From Oscillospiraceae bacterium (lineage in GTDB: Bacteria; Bacillota; Clostridia; Oscillospirales; Oscillospiraceae), in contig WQXY01000005.1 in the NCBI GenBank assembly GCA_009781515.1, positions 8,210 through 72,209 on the forward strand: a stretch of DNA of 64,000 nucleotides, in the 5' to 3' direction. Within the stretch, counting starts at the first letter, position 1. Every line of letters starts with the position of its first letter. Under the pieces are notes generated by a model. It did no database searches. It was not told where the DNA came from and saw only the letters and a list, made by a program, of their open reading frames with translations. Made by a program: the position numbers and the translations under genes. Shown here piece by piece: positions 36,159 to 46,242 of this stretch.

Positions 36159-38300
36159 TCAAGGCTCTACAAATTCCACAATTCTGGTTCTTCCCTGCTC
36201 TTTTATACTGAAATAGCCTGTCGGTGTTTCAAAAAAGTCAATTTCATGATACCCATTGTCAGTTATAACTATGAAATACTTCGGAATAGGTGAAGTTCTG
36301 TTATCGTTATCTAATGTAAAGAATTGCCGATCTGCTGTTAATGTTCTTGTAGTGCTTCCCCAAGCAAATGTAAACTCCTCGTCTTTTTCACCGGAGAGTA
36401 TTCCGTTAAATCGCATAAGATTCCACGATCTTCTTGTATATACCATTCTATTGACAAAATCTAATGGGTCATTGCCGTTTATAGTATCAAATTGTTGATT
36501 GTTATTTGAACCAAAACCACCGGTACGATAGTCTAAAAGCGATCTTGATACAGTTCCTGTATCAATCCAATGAGACGATTGAACCCCAAGATCAACACCA
36601 TAAGGAATAGTCCAGCCGCTATCGAGGGTTTCAAAAATATCTACTCTCGACAGACCTATTAAGACAAGTTGGGTGTCAGTGGATATCTTAGGTACTTCAA
36701 AATCGGGATCAAATAGCACAGCTAATTTATCGGACATGCCGGGAAATAGAATTTTTGCCACAGCACTTTCAATATTAAAGTCAATTATCCATTGAGGAAG
36801 GATTAACGAAAACATATCATCACTTTTAATATACACCCCTGGTCTTCTTGTTGCCACTTCAAGTGTAACCGGCGTGCCAAATGTATTGCTTCTTTGTGTA
36901 TTGGCAGGGGGATTTTGGGGTAAATCCGGCGGTGGTGCATCGGTTGGCAAATTGTCGGGCGGTTGATTATCAGACGAATCGGCTTCATCTTCATTTTCTT
37001 TGTGCGGACAATTAGTAAGCCAGTCATTTTGAGTTATAAACCAATGACCAGTTAATGCACCACTACCCTGTAAGGGTCGCTGCCATTTTAGAAACTTAAA
37101 AATACCCCAATCCGCAGAGTTGATTATCCTGATATTGTATGTTCCGACAACAAAACATTCTCTTGTTGTACATTCCTGTTGCATTTGAGCATCTGTTCTT
37201 ACGCCTTTACCAAGAGTACCCTCGATACCATAAATCGGAAAAAGCATAACACTTGCTCTTGCTTGCATGTTGGCAGAGAGTTCAATTTTTGCATTAAACT
37301 CTCCTGTACCGTTAAAGGTTGGAGTTACACGGATATTATCTCTAAATTCTTCACCAGATTTGTAGCCGAACTGAGCTTCCATTCTGCAGTTTAATGTAAG
37401 TTCTACTTCTCCGCTTGCGTGGATTAAGATGCCGACAAGAATATCAATGTGGATACCCTTTGGCAAAGAAACAGGTATTGTGAAAAGATGAAATAATCTA
37501 TCGTACTTTAACTCGGCATCAGCTTTGATATCTATCAAAACACCTGTTGTTAAAATTAAATAGTCAACATGACTTCTACTAAGAGATGCACTTATCCGAG
37601 GTGTTATCATTTCCACCCTGCCACTTATTTTCACCCCGCCTAAATCTGCATTATTAGCGTCAAGCCAAACACGCCGTGTTGGATTGCGTCCAATCTCAAC
37701 GCCGTCTACGCCGTATAATTGGTCAGATAGAGGTATTTCAACTGCCCCAGCAAGCATGTCTATATCTGCAACAAATTCAAATTCTTCAAAAATTTCATCA
37801 AGTGCCTCAGGCAATCTCACTGTCATAACAAGAAGTGTATCATCGGAAACAATGCTCTCAACATAACCTGCCAAACCTCTTGGATTACTTCCCGTGGGTT
37901 CAAGCACAAACTTTTCGCCAACAGATAACTGTCTCAGCTTACTTGTTGGGTTATGTATTGTAACAATATATAATCCGTTTGACTCAACGATGCTGTATGC
38001 GGGTGCGTTTACTATGACAGTTACATCTTCTTGATATTCTGCAATAAGCTTCTCGATACCGTCCCATGAAATACTGTCAATTACATAGTCATCATGCGAC
38101 TCATTATCGCCGGGCGGCTCACCGGTTTCAATGTAATTACTATTTATATTTTCTGCAGCAGCGACTATATTACCGTTGTCATCGGTATTATCACCATTTG
38201 CAAGCAAAGAATAATACCATAATGCTGCAACAGCAAGCACAGCAACAACTCCGGCTGCAATTGGAAGTATATATTTTAAGTTGCTACGCAGATATTTCAT
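36159..38300 (-). CDS. large membrane-anchored extracytoplasmic protein, unknown function (713 aa)
   Basis: N-terminal TM anchor. Pro-rich linker DNQPPDNLPTDAPPPDLPQNPP separates two large domains. No known motif recognised. Confidence 0.7.
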   Translation of the reverse strand: MKYLRSNLKYILPIAAGVVAVLAVAALWYYSLLANGDNTDDNGNIVAAAENINSNYIETGEPPGDNESHDDYVIDSISWDGIEKLIAEYQEDVTVIVNAPAYSIVESNGLYIVTIHNPTSKLRQLSVGEKFVLEPTGSNPRGLAGYVESIVSDDTLLVMTVRLPEALDEIFEEFEFVADIDMLAGAVEIPLSDQLYGVDGVEIGRNPTRRVWLDANNADLGGVKISGRVEMITPRISASLSRSHVDYLILTTGVLIDIKADAELKYDRLFHLFTIPVSLPKGIHIDILVGILIHASGEVELTLNCRMEAQFGYKSGEEFRDNIRVTPTFNGTGEFNAKIELSANMQARASVMLFPIYGIEGTLGKGVRTDAQMQQECTTRECFVVGTYNIRIINSADWGIFKFLKWQRPLQGSGALTGHWFITQNDWLTNCPHKENEDEADSSDNQPPDNLPTDAPPPDLPQNPPANTQRSNTFGTPVTLEVATRRPGVYIKSDDMFSLILPQWIIDFNIESAVAKILFPGMSDKLAVLFDPDFEVPKISTDTQLVLIGLSRVDIFETLDSGWTIPYGVDLGVQSSHWIDTGTVSRSLLDYRTGGFGSNNNQQFDTINGNDPLDFVNRMVYTRRSWNLMRFNGILSGEKDEEFTFAWGSTTRTLTADRQFFTLDNDNRTSPIPKYFIVITDNGYHEIDFFETPTGYFSIKEQGRTRIVEFVEP

Positions 38301-38323
38301 GAGTTCGTAGTCTCCAGTATAAC

Positions 38324-39418
38324 TTATTGAGTAGGCACTACTATTTGATCAAGATGTATGAGAAAGTCTTGTATATCATTTGATGTAGTTTGACCCAAAT
38401 GGTTTTTGTTTGTAATTTCAATGCCTGAAATAGCTTCTTGATACTCGGATTCTTCAACATATATATCATCTATCAAAAACTTAACTTCATAAGTTAAATA
38501 ATCCGGATAAGACCAATCCGTATAAGACGAAATGGTCAATGTAGGAATCCATTCGTCATTATCTTTTGCAAAATATTGTGCGCTATAATAATTTACTATG
38601 TCAGTCCCAAATCCTTCGCGTAAAATATATGAAAAACCTTTAGAATCTGTGATTATAGAGTATGCCACCCACGCTTCCTCTTCTAAAGATCTGTTGTAGT
38701 AGTTGAGGTTTACTAAACCACCTGTTAGTCCGGTATGACTGAACACAACAACACTTACAGAGAAATAATCAAAGCCTTGATCGTAAATATTTGCAACTAA
38801 TAATAATTCCGGCACTCCGTCATTATCAAAATCTATTAACTCAGCATATTTGATTTCCACTATGTTCCATGCGTAATAAATATCCATGCCCATGCCATCG
38901 TTATAGTTTGTTTCAAATACAAATGTTTGCGTATCATATTCGCGTATTAGACCGCTATAAGCTTCTGCCCATGATTCTTCGGGGAGAGGTGGAGTCGGCG
39001 TGTCATCGTCCTCCGGTGGTGGGGGAGTTATCGGTTGAGGGTCATTATCTATTCTTAAATGCTCATGCTCTTCAATTATGTTGTTGAGCTTTTCTGTTAT
39101 TGCAGGTTCATCCGGTATTTCTCTGAGACCTTGTCTCAACACATCAGCCGCTTTATCCGGTTGATTTAATCCCATGTAACCGTCAGCAGCTCCGGTATAT
39201 CCTCGTGCTCTTTTCGGTTCAATTTCAATAACATTTCTAAACGCAACAACAGCCTGCTCATAGTTCTGCTCAAAAAGATGTCTTTCCCCTGCGGCAAGCC
39301 AACCCTCTGCTGTATTCGGTGAGTCATCACGCAACACAAACCACAGCACAAGACCTATTGCTGCCACTGCGATAAGTACCAACGAAATTATAATTGCGAT
39401 TTTACCCTTTGAGTTCAT
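38324..39418 (-). CDS. membrane-anchored TPR protein with Pro-rich linker and DFDNDGVPELL-type C-terminal domain
   Basis: GGAGG lies 6 nt before the ATG at 39418 (MNSKGK). TM, then a TPR-like region (YEQAVVAFRNVIEIEP). Confidence 0.7.
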   Translation of the reverse strand: MNSKGKIAIIISLVLIAVAAIGLVLWFVLRDDSPNTAEGWLAAGERHLFEQNYEQAVVAFRNVIEIEPKRARGYTGAADGYMGLNQPDKAADVLRQGLREIPDEPAITEKLNNIIEEHEHLRIDNDPQPITPPPPEDDDTPTPPLPEESWAEAYSGLIREYDTQTFVFETNYNDGMGMDIYYAWNIVEIKYAELIDFDNDGVPELLLVANIYDQGFDYFSVSVVVFSHTGLTGGLVNLNYYNRSLEEEAWVAYSIITDSKGFSYILREGFGTDIVNYYSAQYFAKDNDEWIPTLTISSYTDWSYPDYLTYEVKFLIDDIYVEESEYQEAISGIEITNKNHLGQTTSNDIQDFLIHLDQIVVPTQ

Positions 39419-39442
39419 ATAAGACCTCCACACTTTTGTTAA

Positions 39443-40366
39443 TCAATCAAACCAACCGTATTGCCTAAGTTCGGCAATAACACCGGTCAGTCGCATTAAA
39501 TCTACATCGTCAATATCGTTTAGCTCTTGTGAGCGATTGTACATACTCAAAACTTCTGAATAATCACGGACGTCATTATCAAGCAGTTGCTGTTCATCAA
39601 TGGCAAGATAAGAAAGTCGCATTGGTGGACGGTAATCGTCCGGATAAGCAAGCAGCATACCTGTAAATACAAGCCGTGCCTCGTGAAAGTCACCAAAATG
39701 TTGATGTAATACCCCTATGTTTTGCCATGTTATGAAGCTGATACCTCGCTCTTGATGCAATCCCAAGTAAAGCTCCATTGCTTTTTCAAGCTCTCCGAGA
39801 TTGTAGTATGCATCTGCAAGCTGCTCGTTAATTAAGTGGATATCATGTTCTGTCAGTTCATTAAAGACAGTATGCAAAACTCTCTCTGCTTCATTGATTG
39901 CTCCTGTACTTAAAAGAGCTATGATATAACTGCGAGACATATCCGTACTTAATGATTTTGTACCGTCAGCAGCCTTAAAAGCTAAAACTGCATCATGATA
40001 CTTACCAAGCTCAAAATAAGCAGTACCAAGAATACTGTATAAGCTCCCTATTTGTTGCAGTTCATCATTTGAATGGGAACGTACAGATAATATCGCAAAT
40101 GCTCTTGTTATGAAGTCAATGCACTCATCTAATGTATTAGGCTGTAGTAACCAAATAGCACGTTCAAGATACGCAGCAGGTTGTTCAGGGAAGAGAGATA
40201 TCGCTTCCCTAAACGCCTCGTCACTTCCTTGTGATATTTCTATAAGGAGACTGCTGTATTTTTCGTTATTGTCAATATCCTGCCTTTGGGCGATGAGCGT
40301 TATCAATACAGCAGAAATTACAGCTAATGCAATGATTATTATGACCACTGTTGCTCTATATTTCAT
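39443..40366 (-). CDS. membrane-anchored TPR-repeat protein
   Basis: N-terminal TM. Several TPR-like units (LGTAYFELGKYHDAVLAFK, LADAYYNLGELEKAMELY). ATGA overlap with the upstream gene. Confidence 0.7.
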   Translation of the reverse strand: MKYRATVVIIIIALAVISAVLITLIAQRQDIDNNEKYSSLLIEISQGSDEAFREAISLFPEQPAAYLERAIWLLQPNTLDECIDFITRAFAILSVRSHSNDELQQIGSLYSILGTAYFELGKYHDAVLAFKAADGTKSLSTDMSRSYIIALLSTGAINEAERVLHTVFNELTEHDIHLINEQLADAYYNLGELEKAMELYLGLHQERGISFITWQNIGVLHQHFGDFHEARLVFTGMLLAYPDDYRPPMRLSYLAIDEQQLLDNDVRDYSEVLSMYNRSQELNDIDDVDLMRLTGVIAELRQYGWFD

Positions 40367-41043
40367 TTATTATTAAACACTGCATCATAGAACTCCTGTG
40401 GCAATTCATAAAACTCGTCATCCCTATAGGTGTATGCTTGAAGTTTTATGCTATATTTCACACCTTGAAAGACTGCATTTGTTAAGTTTTCGCAACCCTT
40501 AAACCAGGAGTAGTCACTTTGTGGAGTAATAAGATATTCCATAGTTAAGTTATCAGATAAATTAATGCTTTCCAAACTTGTGCAATCCTTAAAAGCTCCA
40601 GATTCTATGCTCATTACGCTATTAGGAATTACAATCTTATTTAGACTTGAACATCCTGCAAACGCTCGATGTGAAATACGCTTCAAACTAATGGGAAGTG
40701 TAATGCTTATTAAATTTGAACATCCCTTGAATGCTTGCTCCCCAATACTTACCACAGTATCAGGTATTATTATATGAGTGATTGCAGAGCGATTTTCAAA
40801 TGCTCCATCGCTTATTGAAACAACATATGCTCCTTGTATCGTACTTGGGATATTCACTTCTGTTGCGTCACCAATATACCTGCGAATACTGACACCACCG
40901 CTTCTATCAGAAGTTTCAAAATCGCTTGCCGAATTAACAGGGATGTTTTTGGGAGATGCATCATCTCCGCCACAAGCCGTGAGCAACAGGGTTGCCATGA
41001 GTAGCGCTAAAATCAAACTATTGCTTTCTATTGCTTTTTTCAT
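40363..41043 (-). CDS. lipoprotein with BspA-type leucine-rich repeats
   Basis: Lipobox LLTAC. Repeats: IPDTVVSIGEQAFKGCSNL / LPISLKRISHRAFAGCSSL / IPNSVMSIESGAFKDCTSL. Confidence 0.75.
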   Translation of the reverse strand: MKKAIESNSLILALLMATLLLTACGGDDASPKNIPVNSASDFETSDRSGGVSIRRYIGDATEVNIPSTIQGAYVVSISDGAFENRSAITHIIIPDTVVSIGEQAFKGCSNLISITLPISLKRISHRAFAGCSSLNKIVIPNSVMSIESGAFKDCTSLESINLSDNLTMEYLITPQSDYSWFKGCENLTNAVFQGVKYSIKLQAYTYRDDEFYELPQEFYDAVFNNK

Positions 41044-41145
41044 TTTGAGTAGTTTCCTTTCTGTCCATTAAAATTTCTCAGATGTTCGAGCTTCTTTATA
41101 ATTCTGCAACGCAAATTCTTTTTTCTTTTTCCAACAATTTTCATA

Positions 41146-41361
41146 CTAAAAGCAACCGAAACAACTGCCAAGACCACCAATTAATGCCAGTATTACACAA
41201 ACCACAATAAACGGACCAAACCAACCGCCGCCGCCACCACTTCGAGAATCAACGAAAGCGTCTCTTCGTTCCTGTTTTGCGATAGGACATTCCCACTCGT
41301 TTGCGTTGCAAGAACTACCTGTTCTTCTACATTCACCGTTTTGTAAATTCCTACATGCCAT
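41146..41361 (-). CDS. small tail-anchored Cys-rich protein (71 aa)
   Basis: AAAGGAA SD lies 7 nt upstream. N-terminal C-x7-C-x6-C-x6-C, then a Gly5 linker, then a C-terminal TM ending SCFGCF. Confidence 0.5.
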   Translation of the reverse strand: MACRNLQNGECRRTGSSCNANEWECPIAKQERRDAFVDSRSGGGGGWFGPFIVVCVILALIGGLGSCFGCF

Positions 41362-41454
41362 TTTACAATTCCTTTCTATTCATGAAAATATTCCTCGGAG
41401 TACTTCCCCGCCGGAGCCACTATATAAATAGCTCCGACGAGTTCCTCCGAGAAA

Positions 41455-41507
41455 CGAAAAATGCTGTGTACCATAGCGAACTTGTTCGCTTTACATACAC
41501 AGCATAT
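41455..41507 (-). terminator. intrinsic terminator/attenuator in the leader of the 41361<-35063 operon
   Basis: On the minus strand, a nested hairpin (ATGCTGTGTA...AGCGAA-CAAG-TTCGCT...TACACAGCAT) is followed by TTTTT. Confidence 0.55.
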
Positions 41508-41567
41508 TATTAGTGCGACACAATCGACTATTTCCGGTTATTTGTACTTGTGTGTACAAAGTATCAC

Positions 41568-41596
41568 TTGCGATACTGCAATAATCAGAATATAAT
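41568..41596 (+). promoter_or_regulatory. near-consensus sigma-A promoter (TTGCGA-17-TATAAT), plus strand
   Basis: Hexamers at 41568-41573 and 41591-41596, with exactly 17 nt between them. Confidence 0.5.
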
Positions 41597-41722
41597 AGTC
41601 AAACGGTGTTGCGAAATGCAATTGTGTATGTGGCTTCTTCACATATGCAGGGTGGGGAGTGTTTCCGCACTTTCCCACCTGCCGCCGACATGTCGGCGAG
41701 GCACTTTCGTTTCCTGTACAGG

Positions 41723-41751
41723 ATTATATTATATGGTGCATAATAATGCAA
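41723..41751 (-). promoter_or_regulatory. near-consensus sigma-A promoter (TTGCAT-17-TATAAT), minus strand
   Basis: Minus-strand hexamers at 41751-41746 and 41728-41723, with 17 nt between them. Confidence 0.5.
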
Positions 41752-41781
41752 TAGTTTTGTTGCAATTATTGAGAGACACAG

Positions 41782-41821
41782 AAAGCTGCACGTTTTTCAT
41801 TAAAGAGTGTAGCTTTTTTTA
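41782..41821 (+). terminator. rho-independent terminator on the plus strand upstream of the glgB promoter
   Basis: AAAGCTGCAC-N15-GTGTAGCTTT (one mismatch) followed by a T7 run. Confidence 0.55.
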
Positions 41822-41877
41822 TATTCGTAATGTATAATACCTATAATATATTCTACATAATGTGCTAAGGGGTGTAC

Positions 41878-43941
41878 ATGTCCGACAAAGAACTGACAAA
41901 TGAATTGCCGGTGTATTTGTTTCACCAAGGAACAAACTGCAGAGCTTATGAGTTTTTAGGTTGCCATTTTGACCTGAAAACCGGTGTTGCGGTTTTCAGA
42001 ACATGGGCTCCGAAAGCTAAGGCAGTTTATCTTGTCGGCGACTTTAACAGCTGGTGTGACAACACAACACCAATGTACCGCATATCCGACGGCGGCGTTT
42101 GGGAAGCTGTCGTTGAGGGTGTTGCTCAGTATACTCGATATAAATATTCAATCACGACCGGACTGAATAAAAAAACCCTTAAAGCAGACCCCTATGCGTT
42201 TTATTCCGAAACCAACGACCGCACAGCTTCCATGGCTTATGACCTGACAGGCTATAGCTGGGGCGACGCAGCATGGCAAACAAAGGTCAAAACACGTGAC
42301 ACACTCAATGTGCCTCTTAACATTTACGAAGTTCACATGGGCTCGTGGATGCGTGATGAAAACGGCAACGCCTTCAGTTATGCCGAGCTTGCCAAGAGGC
42401 TCATTCCATACGTCAAAGAAATGAACTACACCCACATTGAACTCATGCCTGTTATGGAGCATCCTTTCGGCGGTTCATGGGGATATCAAATATGCGGCTT
42501 TTACGCTCCCACATCACGTTACGGCACACCCCATGAGTTTATGAAATTTGTTGACATGTGCCACCAGGCAGACATAGGCGTTATTTTAGACTGGGTTCCG
42601 TCGCATTTTCCAAAGGACGACCACGGACTTATCGAGTTTGACGGCGGGCCGTTATATGAATGTCACGGCACAGACCGTATAGAAAACTGGGAATGGGGCA
42701 CCCGCTGCTTTGACTACGGCCGCACAGAGGTACAATCTTTCTTAGTATCAAATGCCATATACTGGCTTGATTTATATCATATTGACGGGCTTCGTGTAGA
42801 CGCCGTCAGTTCAATGCTTTATCTCGACTACGGCAGAAAAGCAGGCGAATGGACGCCAAACACACATGGCGGCAACGAAAATCTCGACGCTATAGCATTT
42901 ATCCAAAAGCTCAACAAAACAGTGTTTGCAGAGCTTCCCCATGTGATGATGATTGCCGAGGAGTCCACCGCATGGCCGCTTGTCACAAAACCCACGCATA
43001 ATGACGGTCTCGGTTTTAACTTCAAGTGGAACATGGGCTGGATGAATGATATGCTTGAATATGTCGAAGCAGACCCTTTTTTCAGAAAAGGCATACACAG
43101 CAAAATCACATTTTCATTCTTTTACGCTTTCAGCGAAAATTACGTTCTTCCTCTCTCTCACGATGAAGTCGTTCACGGCAAAAAATCTCTGCTTAATAAA
43201 ATGCCCGGCGATTATGAAACAAAATTTGCAGGGCTGAGAGTATTTCTCGGATATATGATGACGCACCCCGGCAAAAAGCTGACCTTTATGGGTGCTGAGT
43301 TTGGGCAGTTTCGCGAGTGGGATACCGAAACAGGACTCGACTGGCTCTTGCTTGAATACCCTATGCACAGCAATCTCAAGCACTATGTCAAGGAGCTTAA
43401 CGCATTTTATCTTGAAACCAACTCCCTGTGGGAAATCGACTACTCGTGGGACGGTTTTAGGTGGATAAGCGACAGCGACAGCGAGCAAAACATGATTGCC
43501 TTTATCCGCAGAGACAGAAAAGGCGAAGAAACAGTCATACTGATTAACTTCTCACCTGTTACAAGAGGAGATTACCGCATAGGAGTACCAATACAAGGCA
43601 CGTATACGGAAATTTTTAACTCCGACCTTATTGAATACGGCGGTTGGGGTAACACAAATAAAAAAAGTATCAAAACTGAAAACATAGAAATACACGGCTT
43701 TCCGCAAAGCATCACACTGACAGCGCCGCCACTGGCAATAATCTGCCTCAAAGGAACACCGCAAAAGCCAAAACCCGAAGCCGTCACAAAACAGGCTGCA
43801 AAACCTAAAAAGGCAGTCAAAGTAACCGCAAAACCCAAAAGAACACTACCGGGCTCGGGACAAATTGACGGTATTCTATACCCGAAAGAAGAGCGAAAGA
43901 TTGATGAAGCTTACAAAAAAATTAAAAATACTAAGTCTTAA
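41878..43941 (+). CDS. glgB: 1,4-alpha-glucan branching enzyme
   Basis: GH13 motifs: DWVPSHF, GLRVDAV, MIAEEST, LSHDEVVHGK. AAGGGG lies 5 nt before the ATG at 41878. Lys/Pro-rich C-terminal tail. Confidence 0.93.
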   Translation: MSDKELTNELPVYLFHQGTNCRAYEFLGCHFDLKTGVAVFRTWAPKAKAVYLVGDFNSWCDNTTPMYRISDGGVWEAVVEGVAQYTRYKYSITTGLNKKTLKADPYAFYSETNDRTASMAYDLTGYSWGDAAWQTKVKTRDTLNVPLNIYEVHMGSWMRDENGNAFSYAELAKRLIPYVKEMNYTHIELMPVMEHPFGGSWGYQICGFYAPTSRYGTPHEFMKFVDMCHQADIGVILDWVPSHFPKDDHGLIEFDGGPLYECHGTDRIENWEWGTRCFDYGRTEVQSFLVSNAIYWLDLYHIDGLRVDAVSSMLYLDYGRKAGEWTPNTHGGNENLDAIAFIQKLNKTVFAELPHVMMIAEESTAWPLVTKPTHNDGLGFNFKWNMGWMNDMLEYVEADPFFRKGIHSKITFSFFYAFSENYVLPLSHDEVVHGKKSLLNKMPGDYETKFAGLRVFLGYMMTHPGKKLTFMGAEFGQFREWDTETGLDWLLLEYPMHSNLKHYVKELNAFYLETNSLWEIDYSWDGFRWISDSDSEQNMIAFIRRDRKGEETVILINFSPVTRGDYRIGVPIQGTYTEIFNSDLIEYGGWGNTNKKSIKTENIEIHGFPQSITLTAPPLAIICLKGTPQKPKPEAVTKQAAKPKKAVKVTAKPKRTLPGSGQIDGILYPKEERKIDEAYKKIKNTKS

Positions 43942-43956
43942 GAAGGGAGTAAAGTA

Positions 43957-45120
43957 ATGATAACTGAACGTAAGGAATGTATAGCAATGCTGCTTGCAGG
44001 CGGACGCGGCTCCAGACTGAAAGCGCTCACCGAGCAAGTGGCAAAACCTGCAGTCACATTTGGCGGGAAATACAAAATAATCGACTTTCCTTTGACAAAT
44101 TGCGTCCGCAGCGGAATTGACACCGTTGGCGTAATGACGCAATATCAGCCTCTTTTGCTGCATGACTACATCGGAAAGGGACAGCACTGGGACCTTGACC
44201 GCCTGCATGGCGGTGTATCAAGTCTTCCGCCCCACAGCAAGCCGGATAGTACAGCATGGTACAGCGGCACGGCAAATGCCGTTTACCAAAACCAAAACTT
44301 CATTGATAACTTCGCTCCCGAATATGTATTGGTTCTTGCCGGCGACCATGTCTACAAAATGAACTACAATACTATGCTTGATTATCACAAGAGCGTTGAC
44401 GCAGCTTGCACCATTGCGGTCATTGAAGTTCCGATGAAAGATGCAAGCCGCTTTGGCATACTCAACACAGCTCCCGATGACAGCGTTGTTGAATTTGAAG
44501 AGAAACCTGAAAATCCAAAAAATAACCTCGCATCAATGGGCATTTACATTTTCAGTTGGCACATTCTAAAGGAATACCTGAACAAAGACGAGCAGGACCC
44601 AAACTCAAAGCACGATTTCGGCGGAGATATTTTGCCCACAATGCTGAAGGACGGACAAAGACTCTTTGCATACCGTTTCGACGGCTACTGGAAAGATGTC
44701 GGAACCGAAGAAAGCCTTTGGCAGGCAAATATGGACCTGCTTGATGACCTGCACCTCGGCTTTGAAGACTGGCATATCCTTTCAAAATCCGCAGGTCGTC
44801 CGCCTCATTACATCGCACCCACCGGAAGCATTAAAAGCACCCTTATAACAGAGGGCTGCGAAATATACGGCAGCGTAGAAAACAGTATTCTCTCAGGCGG
44901 CGTTATCGTCGAAGAAGGTGCAGTTGTCAAAGACTGCGTTATCATGGAAAATTCCCGAATATGCAAAAATGCAACCGTTACATACTCAATACTTGACGAA
45001 GATACAGTTATCCCCGAGGGAGTCACAGCAGGAGTATCCCGCGAAGACGGCGGCAAGCTGAATGTATACTCACAGCATGACACATCGCTTGAAACTACTA
45101 AAGGAGGGCAGGCAAAATGA
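43957..45120 (+). CDS. glgC: glucose-1-phosphate adenylyltransferase
   Basis: [23 protein letters not shown] and a left-handed beta-helix C-terminus. Confidence 0.95.
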   Translation: MITERKECIAMLLAGGRGSRLKALTEQVAKPAVTFGGKYKIIDFPLTNCVRSGIDTVGVMTQYQPLLLHDYIGKGQHWDLDRLHGGVSSLPPHSKPDSTAWYSGTANAVYQNQNFIDNFAPEYVLVLAGDHVYKMNYNTMLDYHKSVDAACTIAVIEVPMKDASRFGILNTAPDDSVVEFEEKPENPKNNLASMGIYIFSWHILKEYLNKDEQDPNSKHDFGGDILPTMLKDGQRLFAYRFDGYWKDVGTEESLWQANMDLLDDLHLGFEDWHILSKSAGRPPHYIAPTGSIKSTLITEGCEIYGSVENSILSGGVIVEEGAVVKDCVIMENSRICKNATVTYSILDEDTVIPEGVTAGVSREDGGKLNVYSQHDTSLETTKGGQAK

Positions 45121-46229
45121 TAGGTTTTTGTTTATCAGACCCTCACCCCGACCGCGCAGGCGACGGCAGCCCGATAAGAACTCTTTCAGCGGCACGCTTC
45201 TACGGGCGGTATCGTTTGGTCGACTTTATGCTCTCAAACATGGTCAACTCCAAGATTTTCTCAATTGCCATGATACTCAACAGCCACTACCAATCCCTCA
45301 TTGAGCACATCGGAATGGGCAAGGAGTGGGACTTGGCACGTAAGTCCGGCGGTGTCACCTTTTTCCCGCCATACTACGCAGACGAAAGACGCAGTGTCAA
45401 CAGCGAACTTGACGGTCCGCTTCAAAGAGCTGCGGTGTTTCTTTCCGAAAAGAAAGAAGATTATGTAGTGCTTGCCGACAGCAGTGTGGTTTATAATATG
45501 AATTACCGCACGGCATTTGAAGCTCACAGAAAAAGCGGTGCAGATGTCACGGCTATTTACACAAAAAAATCAATCATGCCCGGTGAGCGTGAGAATACGG
45601 TTGTCTTTACGATTTCCGAAGAAGGGCAGGTCACAGGCATAGGGCAAGCTCCGCTCAACACCGACACAATAAATGTGTCGCTCGGTGCTTACATCATGCA
45701 CAAGCGCACTTTCATTCAACTGACAGCAGGTGAGAGAAACTGCGGAATGTTCCGTTTTTCACGCGTGCTGCTCGCCGACGCACTTGAGCGTTTAAATGTT
45801 CAAGCTTACGAATTCAAGGGTTATTCCGCACATATCTGTTCGGTTGAAACATTTTTCCACTACAACTTGGATGTGCTTGATATCGACAAAAGAAACTCGC
45901 TGTTCGATTTTGAAGGAAGACGTATTTTTACAAATATCTGGGACTCGCTTCCGACAAAATACGGCAAACAGGCAGACATCAAAAACTCCATTGTTGCAGA
46001 CGGTTGCCGAATAGAAGGAACAGTTATCAACAGTGTTATTTGCCGAAATGTAAAAATCGCCGCAGGAGCAGTTGTAAAAAACTGCGTACTGCAAGACGAC
46101 ACAATCGTTGAAAACGGAGCATCGCTTGATTGTATAATAACTGACCGCTCAGTTAAAATATCAGAAAATCGGAAGATGATAGGATATCGGACATATCCGG
46201 TATACATCGAACGTGGAAGGGTTATATAA
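45117..46229 (+). CDS. glgD: glucose-1-phosphate adenylyltransferase regulatory subunit GlgD
   Basis: GlgC paralogue lacking the GGxGxR loop, immediately after glgC (ATGA overlap), as in Firmicutes. Confidence 0.88.
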   Translation: MIGFCLSDPHPDRAGDGSPIRTLSAARFYGRYRLVDFMLSNMVNSKIFSIAMILNSHYQSLIEHIGMGKEWDLARKSGGVTFFPPYYADERRSVNSELDGPLQRAAVFLSEKKEDYVVLADSSVVYNMNYRTAFEAHRKSGADVTAIYTKKSIMPGERENTVVFTISEEGQVTGIGQAPLNTDTINVSLGAYIMHKRTFIQLTAGERNCGMFRFSRVLLADALERLNVQAYEFKGYSAHICSVETFFHYNLDVLDIDKRNSLFDFEGRRIFTNIWDSLPTKYGKQADIKNSIVADGCRIEGTVINSVICRNVKIAAGAVVKNCVLQDDTIVENGASLDCIITDRSVKISENRKMIGYRTYPVYIERGRVI

Positions 46230-46242
46230 AGGGGGTATCAAA

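Noticed and set aside
41550-41837. A 95-aa Cys-rich plus-strand ORF in the long intergenic region.
   Set aside because: It has no SD. It spans predicted promoters, palindromes and a terminator. The Cys richness is explained by TG-rich structured DNA. It is treated as non-coding RNA territory.
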